Source of the DNA: an uncultured Candidatus Saccharibacteria bacterium
Lineage (GTDB): Bacteria > Patescibacteriota > Minisyncoccia > Phycocordibacterales > UBA918
Assembly (NCBI GenBank): GCA_964353135.1
Contig: CAYGTV010000001.1
Coordinates: 216,217-280,216 of the forward strand
DNA length: 64,000 nt
Direction: 5' to 3'
Position numbers and translations under genes: made by a program. The notes below the pieces were generated by a model, which was not told where the DNA came from, searched no databases, and saw nothing but the letters and a program-made list of their open reading frames with translations. Below, piece after piece: positions 56,931 to 64,000 of this stretch (positions are counted from its first letter, which is position 1; the number at the start of each line of letters is the position of its first letter).

Positions 56931-59825
56931 TTACTTCATGATAAAGTTAAGGATTCGTCCCGGCACGTAAATGGTTTTTACGATCTCTCCTTCAGCCAAT
57001 CTAGCCAGTAATTGTTGGTTATTCTGAGCCTCGGCAACAGCGGTCGCCTCGGTAGCATCTGGTGCAATGGTGATGTCTCCGCGTACCTTTCCATTAATCT
57101 GTACGCCGATTGTTACGGCTGAATCCTTAGCCAATTCAGCATCAAAGGTTGGAAAAGCACTTGTGTGGATACTCTCACTTTTTCCATGATCTCGCCAAAG
57201 CTCTTCAGTAAGATGTGGTGCAAACGGGGATAATAGCTGCAAGAATGTTGCGTATGAGTCGTCAGACAACCCCTCTTTTTCAGCAGTGTTAATGAAGATC
57301 ATCATGGCAGACACAGCGGTGTTGAACTTAAAGGCTTCGATATCCTCGCTGACTTTCTTGATGGTTTTGTGGAGTTGGCGGATGGTCTCCGTTGATTCTT
57401 CTACATCTCCATCTAATACGTGCTCATTGAGTCCGTTTACCCGTTCTAAGAAGCGTCTGGCACCCACCAACCCATCTTGCGACCAGGCAATGGTGTTTTC
57501 AAAAGGTCCCATAAACATTTCGTATACCCGGAGTGTGTCAGCACCCACCAACTCAACTATGTCATCTGGATTGATCACATTCCCCCACCGTTTCGACATC
57601 TTGCGCCCATCCTCTGCCAAGATAAACCCTAGGAATTCCAGTCGTTGAAATGGTTCAAGGGTACTGACAACCCCCTCATCGTAGAGGAACTTGTGCCAAA
57701 ATCGCGCGTAGATGAGGTGACGCACAGCGTGGTCGCCTCCCACGTACACATCAACCGGCTGCCAAGCTTTTTCAAGCTCAGGGTCAACTAGGGCCTGGTC
57801 ATTCTTTGGGTCTATGTAACGCAAGTAGTACCACGACGAACCGGCCCATTGTGGCATGGTGTTGGTTTCGCGTTTGGCTTCGATTAGGACCTGACCGTCA
57901 GGTGCGCTATCTGCTACAACGAAGTCTCCAGATTCATTTACATATCCAGTCACGTTTACCCAGTTATCAATTTTAGCTAGTGGCGATTGTCCGTCGCCCG
58001 CTGGCTCGTAGTGGTCTACTTCAGGCAAAGTAACTGGCAGTTGTTCCAAGGCAATCGGGTACACAGTTCCGTCAGCTGTATGCACAACCGGGATTGGTTC
58101 ACCCCAGTATCGTTGTCGTGAAAATACCCAATCTTTTATCTTGTAGGTTTTAGTCATTCGACCGCCAACTTTTTTTACGATAGCTGCTTTTGCTTCTTCT
58201 GAGTCCATGCCGTCGAATTCTGCTGAATCAACAAGAACCCCAACGCCACAATGAATCTCATTATTTTGGTATGCATTCCAAGCTCGAGTGTGCCACTTCC
58301 ACGTAATTAACTCATCGACATTTTCTTTTGGAACCCACTCAACAGTATGCTTCCCTTCATCTATTTCTGACTCAATCTGTTCCAGGTCATTTAGTTTAAC
58401 GTGGTAAAAACCAGAGATCCCCTGCTGGTTAATTCCTTTACTGTGTCGATAGCCAACTGACTGGGTTCTAAAAATACACTTTTCCGTTACAAACTGGAAT
58501 TTAGAATATCCTGTTTCTTCCAGTAGTTCTCTAGCTACGGCTAACTTATCTTCCTCTCCGTCAGTTCCTCCACCAACAAAGTGAACCAGATCGCGATCAC
58601 CGTCCTTTTCTCTCTGCAGTAAGAAAGTCCCATCTGTTGGATGTTCAATAATTATATCTATACACGCTCTAGAAGGATTAGTTTCAACATTAGTTTTAGG
58701 CGCATCGGGCCCTTCACCATAAAAGATTGGTGCTATTACTTGCTTAATCTCAATCCCAAATTTCTTCGCAAAAGCAAAATCCCGTTCATCGTGTGCGGGT
58801 ACAGCCATGATGGCACCAGTTCCGTAGCCAGCAAGGACGTAGTCGGCGATATAAACCGGGATCTCTTCCCCACTCGCTGGATTAGTGGCAGTAATTCCTT
58901 CTAATTTCACCCCGGTCTTTTCTTTGGTGTCGTCGAGACGATCCATTTCCTTTTTGTTCGCAGCTTCTTGTATATAAGCCTCGACTTCTGTCCAGTTGCT
59001 GATTGATTCCTTATGTTTGATCACTAGCTCGTGTTCAGGAGCTAACACCATGTACGTCGCACCATAGAGCGTATCAGGGCGGGTTGTAAATACAGACACA
59101 GTCTCGTCCACTGACAATTTGAAGTCAATTTCTGCCCCTTCGCTACGTCCGATCCAGTTTCGCTGGGCTTCTTTGATGTGCTCTGGCCATTCTAGCTTGT
59201 CGAGGTCCTCTAGCATTCGATCAGCGTACGCACGGATGTTGAGCACCCACTGTCGCATTGGGCGCTTTTCAACGAGGCTGTCGCAACGTTCACACGTACC
59301 ATCGCTTTCGAGGTCTTCGTTAGCCAAACCTGTTTGACAACCCGGACACCAGTTGATTGGCTCGTGACTTTGGAACGCTAGGTCTTTTTTCAAAAGCTGG
59401 ATAAAGATCCATTGCGTCCACTTATAAAACTCTGGGTCGGTGGTGTTGATCTCGCGCCCCCAGTCATAGTCAAAGCCAAGCTTTGCTAGTTGTGACTTAA
59501 AATTAGCGACGTTTTTTTCTACCGCTGCTCTAGGGTGGACCTTATTTTTGATCGCATAGTTTTCTGCTGGTAAACCAAACGCGTCCCAGCCCATTGGGTG
59601 CAACACTTCATGCCCGGTCATTCGCTTGAACCGACTATAGATGTCAGTGGCGATATAGCCCTTGGGGTGACCAACGTGCAGCCCTTCACCAGATGGATAC
59701 GGGAACATATCGAGCACAAAGCACTTTGGTTTGTCCGAGTCAGACTCGGTAGTATAGATACCACTATCAGCCCAGTCTTGCTGCCATTTTCCCCCGATTG
59801 CTTTGTGGTCAAACTTTCTATGCAT
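56931..59825 (-). CDS. leuS: leucine--tRNA ligase carrying an inserted Nudix hydrolase domain
   Basis: HVGH (HIGH) and KMSKR motifs, editing-domain TTRPDT and AVPAHDERD; ~165 aa insert between IKQVI and DSAEFDGMD containing Nudix box GGGTDGEEDKLAVARELLEETGY. Confidence 0.9.
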   Translation of the reverse strand: MHRKFDHKAIGGKWQQDWADSGIYTTESDSDKPKCFVLDMFPYPSGEGLHVGHPKGYIATDIYSRFKRMTGHEVLHPMGWDAFGLPAENYAIKNKVHPRAAVEKNVANFKSQLAKLGFDYDWGREINTTDPEFYKWTQWIFIQLLKKDLAFQSHEPINWCPGCQTGLANEDLESDGTCERCDSLVEKRPMRQWVLNIRAYADRMLEDLDKLEWPEHIKEAQRNWIGRSEGAEIDFKLSVDETVSVFTTRPDTLYGATYMVLAPEHELVIKHKESISNWTEVEAYIQEAANKKEMDRLDDTKEKTGVKLEGITATNPASGEEIPVYIADYVLAGYGTGAIMAVPAHDERDFAFAKKFGIEIKQVIAPIFYGEGPDAPKTNVETNPSRACIDIIIEHPTDGTFLLQREKDGDRDLVHFVGGGTDGEEDKLAVARELLEETGYSKFQFVTEKCIFRTQSVGYRHSKGINQQGISGFYHVKLNDLEQIESEIDEGKHTVEWVPKENVDELITWKWHTRAWNAYQNNEIHCGVGVLVDSAEFDGMDSEEAKAAIVKKVGGRMTKTYKIKDWVFSRQRYWGEPIPVVHTADGTVYPIALEQLPVTLPEVDHYEPAGDGQSPLAKIDNWVNVTGYVNESGDFVVADSAPDGQVLIEAKRETNTMPQWAGSSWYYLRYIDPKNDQALVDPELEKAWQPVDVYVGGDHAVRHLIYARFWHKFLYDEGVVSTLEPFQRLEFLGFILAEDGRKMSKRWGNVINPDDIVELVGADTLRVYEMFMGPFENTIAWSQDGLVGARRFLERVNGLNEHVLDGDVEESTETIRQLHKTIKKVSEDIEAFKFNTAVSAMMIFINTAEKEGLSDDSYATFLQLLSPFAPHLTEELWRDHGKSESIHTSAFPTFDAELAKDSAVTIGVQINGKVRGDITIAPDATEATAVAEAQNNQQLLARLAEGEIVKTIYVPGRILNFIMK

Positions 59826-59885
59826 ATACCCAATGATTACCCGTTAAAGAACAATCATTGTGCCATTGAGAGAGGGGTTTGTAAA

Positions 59886-60149
59886 TTATTTTGTAAAGAC
59901 AAAAGCTGTTGATCCTACTGTGATTAATGTAGTAACAATAGTCGATGCAATCAAAATCAGCCAAAATTTAATCGATTGAAGTGTTCGTTTATCTATCTGA
60001 GCGTCAGCGTACTTTTGAACCTTTTCCATGAATGGTACAGAGTCTACCCTTTCGTCTATAATGTTGCAGACTCTAACTCGCCAATCATCGTGAGAAATAA
60101 GCTGAGTTGCCTTTTCGTCAATAAACTGTTTAATCTCAGCTTCGTTCAT
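59886..60149 (-). CDS. small membrane protein, hypothetical
   Basis: 87 aa, C-terminal TM. Confidence 0.4.
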   Translation of the reverse strand: MNEAEIKQFIDEKATQLISHDDWRVRVCNIIDERVDSVPFMEKVQKYADAQIDKRTLQSIKFWLILIASTIVTTLITVGSTAFVFTK

Positions 60150-60151
60150 GA

Positions 60152-60400
60152 TTATTGTTTTGTTGTCTTAGCTTTTTCTTTATTAGAATTATCCATCATA
60201 ACTTGATAGACCATTTTAATTGCAACTCGAACAGCCACACTGTATCTTGTAGCTTTCGGCATTTTTGCAAGTGTGTCTTGATCTTCATCTTTTTCAAAGT
60301 GTTGAACTAGAAAACTAATTTGTTCTAGTTCCTCACCAGAAAAGACCAATTCTAAACTGTCTTGACCATCAACCTCTTCAAATTTACTTTTTACAGCCAT
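60152..60400 (-). CDS. hypothetical small protein
   Basis: 82 aa ORF directly upstream of 59886 ORF. Confidence 0.4.
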   Translation of the reverse strand: MAVKSKFEEVDGQDSLELVFSGEELEQISFLVQHFEKDEDQDTLAKMPKATRYSVAVRVAIKMVYQVMMDNSNKEKAKTTKQ

Positions 60401-60423
60401 TTCACTTATTTTACCCCATTTTT

Positions 60424-61347
60424 TTAACTACTCAAGTTCTTCATATCCTCATCAATCACCCGGTCAAAGCACCAGTCGCCGGCTTTGTAGTTCCAGTTGT
60501 AGTTGTTGCGCATGATGCTGCTGTCAGCGACTGGCATCGGTCGATATTGTTGTTGTAGCTCGTTTACGTCGTAGTTAAACGTGGTGCACAGCTGATACTC
60601 TGTCTCGCTGGTTGGAGTGTAGCTGTACTCAGCCAGTTCGGCAGTTACCGGGGGCAGGTCGAATTCACCATATACCTCCTCAAGGGTTGCTGGGAGAGCT
60701 TCATTGGCTCGGTAGTAGTCTTCTACACGCCACTGGATGTCTTGAAGGATACCGACCATTTCATTGTCAGCTTTCATTTCACGGACTGTGCTGGGGTTAG
60801 GGATCTGGGTCAGGGACATAATCATGGTGGCGGCAACAAGTACGGTTACTACTGCTGCATATATGTACGACTGTCGTTCGTGCTCCAGCCAGTACCCTTG
60901 GGCGTCTTTGATGTAGTAGAAGAAGGCTGCGCCGGTTACCACTGCTACAGCTAGTGCTTTGAGGATAAACCGCATAGTCAGTTCACCTTCGAGTAGCCCC
61001 ATCACTACAACCGCCAGATCAACCAGTAGTGTAATACCGGCTACCAGTAGTGACAGATAAATCAACCATTTGGTCAGACCGAGGTAGTGACTGTCGTCAC
61101 TAGTGCGGCGGTTTTTGTTAACCATGCGGGTGAGCACTAGATAAGTTGGGAAAAACACCAGTACCATGGCAAAGCCCAGTCGGACGCTGCTGGCGGCGCT
61201 TTCGATTGCCCATACGCCGTCTAGCGCGTCTGGGAAGCGTAGATTAATGAGTCCAAAAGAAAGGACTAAGAAAAATGCGATTGATAAGTACAGTGCAACC
61301 AGCGAACCCAATTGCAGGACAAAATGTTTTGCGGTGTGATTGTTCAT
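60424..61347 (-). CDS. polytopic membrane protein, hypothetical
   Basis: 307 aa, about 6 TM helices then soluble C-terminal domain. Confidence 0.5.
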   Translation of the reverse strand: MNNHTAKHFVLQLGSLVALYLSIAFFLVLSFGLINLRFPDALDGVWAIESAASSVRLGFAMVLVFFPTYLVLTRMVNKNRRTSDDSHYLGLTKWLIYLSLLVAGITLLVDLAVVVMGLLEGELTMRFILKALAVAVVTGAAFFYYIKDAQGYWLEHERQSYIYAAVVTVLVAATMIMSLTQIPNPSTVREMKADNEMVGILQDIQWRVEDYYRANEALPATLEEVYGEFDLPPVTAELAEYSYTPTSETEYQLCTTFNYDVNELQQQYRPMPVADSSIMRNNYNWNYKAGDWCFDRVIDEDMKNLSS

Positions 61348-61408
61348 ATACTTTTATATTACTCCTGTGTAAGGTAAAAAGAAACAGCCTGCTGGTGTGG
61401 CAGGACTG

Positions 61409-61627
61409 TCATTCTTTTGTTATTCGCTTACCCAATGGCGGTAAAGCGGGTAATAAGCGCTCTACACGAGCGTCTTGGAACTTTTTCCTCGCTCGAGAGA
61501 CCCTTGCCACTTTGTTTGGCGGTTTGGGTTCCTTAGCTGATGTAGCAATGGTGCTACGAACAAGGTCCCGGACAGTGTCATCTTTTGCTTTCATCCAAAG
61601 TACTCCTTTCAATAACCAGACTAGCAA
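61409..61627 (-). CDS. small basic protein, hypothetical
   Basis: 72 aa, Lys/Arg-rich; start uncertain. Confidence 0.35.
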   Translation of the reverse strand: MLVWLLKGVLWMKAKDDTVRDLVRSTIATSAKEPKPPNKVARVSRARKKFQDARVERLLPALPPLGKRITKE

Positions 61628-61648
61628 AATTTGCTATACTAGCCAAAT

Positions 61649-61918
61649 ATGAAAAAAGAAGATCTTAAAAAAGCGCCAAAAGTTTTTTGTGAAAGTATTA
61701 ACGTGGCATTTACCCCTGAATACTTTGTACTCGCTCCTGCATCAGGAAACCAAGCCACCATCTATACCCTCACACCACAGCACGCCAAGCGACTCCAGCA
61801 GTACCTTACCCATCAAATCAATGAATTTGAATCAAAAAATGGCGTCATAGACGCCAAATGGGACCCCAACATTGTGAGTCCAGTTCAAAGGGTGAATCCT
61901 CCAAGAGAGCTTAGTTAG
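61649..61918 (+). CDS. hypothetical protein (89 aa)
   Basis: TATACT -10 element 8 nt upstream of ATG. Confidence 0.4.
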   Translation: MKKEDLKKAPKVFCESINVAFTPEYFVLAPASGNQATIYTLTPQHAKRLQQYLTHQINEFESKNGVIDAKWDPNIVSPVQRVNPPRELS

Positions 61919-62216
61919 TTTCTTCGTCCACCTGCAGCTCTGCGTCCAATTCATCGTCAGTAGACGTACCGGTGCTGGACGCTTGTAGTGCAGCTTCGGC
62001 TGCTAGCCGGGCCGCTTCCTCTGAGGCAGCCTTTTCCTCTGGAGTCATAATGCTAAATGTGTTTGGAATTGGTTGTACAGCCGGCCTGGAAATACTGTTT
62101 TGGTTTAGATCAGGAGCAATTGCAGCTTCTGGTTTAAATAAGTAGTTAACCGCTGTAATTACTACAACGCCAAGAACGATAACTCCAACAATTCCAAAGA
62201 TGACAGTTTTATTCAT
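61911..62216 (-). CDS. small membrane protein with acidic C-terminus, hypothetical
   Basis: N-terminal TM helix. Confidence 0.4.
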   Translation of the reverse strand: MNKTVIFGIVGVIVLGVVVITAVNYLFKPEAAIAPDLNQNSISRPAVQPIPNTFSIMTPEEKAASEEAARLAAEAALQASSTGTSTDDELDAELQVDEETN

Positions 62217-62289
62217 TGCTCAAAGTATATCAGAGAAAATGCAAAACGAGCACCAGAGTACTCGTTTTGTTTAAGTCACCAGGTTATTG

Positions 62290-63390
62290 CTACGAGTGCA
62301 TAAATTCGATTACATCGCCGTCCTGTACGATGTACTCCTTCCCTTCAGTTCGTAGTTTGCCGGCTTCTTTGGCGGCGGCTTTACTTCCGGCAGCCACTAG
62401 ATCCTCAAACGCAACTACTTGCGCCCGAATGTATTTTGTTTGGAAATCGCTGTGGATGGCCGCTCCGGCCTGAGGCCCGGTGCTACCGATCGGTACCGTC
62501 CAGGCTCTGGTTTCTTCTGGCCCAGTGGTAAAGTAGCTCATCAGTCCTAGTCCGTCATAACATGCCCGAATCAGCCCTTCTACACCACTACCCTGCGCAC
62601 CGTACTCTCGGCGGAAGTCATTTTTTTCTTCCTCATTCATGTCTTTTAGCTCGTGCTCCATCCCGGCGTCTACCGTTACATACTCTGAACCAGTTGATTC
62701 AAAGAATTCTACTAGCTCTCGCCAACGGTCGTCGTTTTGTTCGTCTAAGTTAAAAGCGTCTTGTTTTTTATTGCAAACGTACAGAAACTTTTTGAGTGTA
62801 AGCAGGTTGAGACTTTTGATAATTTTCTTTTCCTCTGTAGTCATCTCGAGGCTGTTGGCTAGGTGTCCAGCATCTAGGTGTACCAGTAGTCGCTCTAGCA
62901 GCGCTTTTTCAGCAATAGCGTCTTTGTCGCCCTGCTTGGTGCCTTTTTCTAGCCCACCTATTCGCTTACTGATACTTTCGGCATCAGCCATGATCAGCTC
63001 CAAGTTGATCACCTCGATATCACCCATTGGGTCTACCTCACCTGTAACGTGATGGATGTCAGAATCCTCAAAAATTCGCACCACCTCGGCGATCATGTCA
63101 GTTTCGCGGATGTTTGCCAAGAACTTATTCCCTAGTCCTTCACCAGCTGACGCACCCTTTACCAGTCCAGCAATATCCATAAATTCCACGATGGCAGGCA
63201 AGATTTCCTTTGAACCACTGATGCTCGCGAGCGTTGCTAGTCTGCCGTCTGGTACAGGAATAACCCCAACCGATGGGTCGATAGTGGCAAACGGGTAGTT
63301 TGCCATCAGGACTTCATTTTTGGTAAGGGCGTTAAATAGGGTTGATTTTCCAACGTTTGGTAAACCAACGATTCCGACAGATAAACTCAT
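62290..63390 (-). CDS. ychF: ribosome-binding ATPase YchF (Obg-family)
   Basis: G1 GLPNVGKST, TGS-domain C-terminus GKEYIVQDGDVIEF. Confidence 0.9.
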   Translation of the reverse strand: MSLSVGIVGLPNVGKSTLFNALTKNEVLMANYPFATIDPSVGVIPVPDGRLATLASISGSKEILPAIVEFMDIAGLVKGASAGEGLGNKFLANIRETDMIAEVVRIFEDSDIHHVTGEVDPMGDIEVINLELIMADAESISKRIGGLEKGTKQGDKDAIAEKALLERLLVHLDAGHLANSLEMTTEEKKIIKSLNLLTLKKFLYVCNKKQDAFNLDEQNDDRWRELVEFFESTGSEYVTVDAGMEHELKDMNEEEKNDFRREYGAQGSGVEGLIRACYDGLGLMSYFTTGPEETRAWTVPIGSTGPQAGAAIHSDFQTKYIRAQVVAFEDLVAAGSKAAAKEAGKLRTEGKEYIVQDGDVIEFMHS

Positions 63391-63741
63391 AGTTGGCGTA
63401 GTGTAGCAGAACGTATAAAAATAAAAAGGCCCGGCGCGCAGTGTTGCAAACCGAAGCCTTGGGTGTCAGGCAGATAACGGAACGAGGGAAAGCGAGCCGC
63501 TTGGGGAATGTCCGTTTTCCACCTGACAATGTTCAGTATATCAGATGACCATACAAATAAAAAACTCTCCGCAATAGCGTGAGAGCAAGCGGGAGGTTTG
63601 GGCATTTCGGCGTAGCGAATTCCAACAAACATTGAGCAGACGGTTAGCGTTGATTTTGACGCTCAGAGAAACACAAAGGGTGTCTGACCTTTGCTTGGAG
63701 AATAAATTCTCAACCTCCCACTTACAATGTACCACTCGATT

Positions 63742-64000
63742 TTAAAACGGCAAGAAGTTTCGCTCGTATTCACAAAATTTAAGATCAGCTAGACTCATGT
63801 CTGTGAATCCAGCCATAGCAGCCTGGGCTTGCTTTCGGCCACCAATAGCGTCGATGAGGTCTACGTCTAGTGCGCGGCGCCCGGGCATGCTGGCACCAGT
63901 TGCAAGTTCGACTACTTCCCCGCGTGGTAATTCACGATACTCTACAATTATATCTATAAACTCGTTGTGAATGATGTCGAGATCAGCTTGTAGCAGTTCA
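63742..64000 (-). CDS. C-terminal part of an unidentified protein (5' end beyond window)
   Basis: Open minus-strand frame to window end, stop at 63742. Confidence 0.35.
   Translation of the reverse strand, partial: ELLQADLDIIHNEFIDIIVEYRELPRGEVVELATGASMPGRRALDVDLIDAIGGRKQAQAAMAGFTDMSLADLKFCEYERNFLPF

Noticed and set aside
63391-63741. RNase P RNA or tmRNA in the long intergenic region
   Set aside because: Conserved P4 strands and tRNA-like T-arm or CCA-end motifs are absent on both strands; kept only as an unassigned candidate.
1-64000. CRISPR array, tRNA or rRNA genes, transposases or integrases
   Set aside because: No regularly spaced direct repeats, no tRNA-like T-arm or anticodon-arm patterns in any intergenic gap, and no IS or integrase-like ORFs were seen, so none are called.
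1-64000. Alternative genetic code (UGA recoding, as in some CPR lineages)
   Set aside because: Well-conserved genes terminate with TAA, TAG and TGA alike (for example TAG for zwf, TGA for ORF 34667..34888) and no conserved protein needs read-through; the standard code fits.

Overview
The window is a gene-dense, low-GC bacterial chromosomal segment carrying almost entirely core housekeeping genes under the standard genetic code; TAA, TAG and TGA all terminate confirmed genes. Short aminoacyl-tRNA synthetases, a LOG protein, a minimal MGMT and many small membrane ORFs give a streamlined, Patescibacteria/CPR-like flavour, but that assignment is an inference.

Recognisable blocks, in order:
- a + strand sugar-entry cluster: LOG, pgi, a ROK glucokinase, an SPFH protein and murI;
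- a minus-strand oxidative pentose-phosphate operon zwf-gnd-pgl;
- an M23 peptidase and gltX;
- a partial dcw cluster in which mraY abuts ftsW and murG, with an S11 D,D-carboxypeptidase;
- scpA and scpB;
- aspS and trpS;
- an unusual cluster of orphan sensor kinases with a SET-domain protein;
- the grpE-dnaK-dnaJ operon;
- a ribosomal block infA-rpmJ-rpsM-rpsK-rpsD-rpoA-rplQ-rplM-rpsI;
- alaS, a pair of M16 peptidases, mnmA, mltG, leuS and ychF.

The most interesting signals are:
1. a Nudix hydrolase domain, with a perfect Nudix box, inserted in-frame into LeuRS;
2. two tandem paralogous structured elements of about 120 nt just downstream of rpsI, each ending in an intrinsic terminator and showing stem covariation;
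3. a triple 13-mer operator-like repeat at the promoter of a small ORF;
4. an orphan histidine-kinase cluster containing a catalytically degenerate kinase paralog (His to Lys in the H-box) and a SET-domain methyltransferase;
5. an ATP-cone/Mrr endonuclease fusion and a Cas4-like Fe-S PD-(D/E)xK nuclease lying divergent from a SAM methyltransferase;
6. a lysozyme-like secreted protein with no canonical start codon but a perfect sigma70 promoter.

No rRNA, tRNA, CRISPR array or obvious transposase was found.
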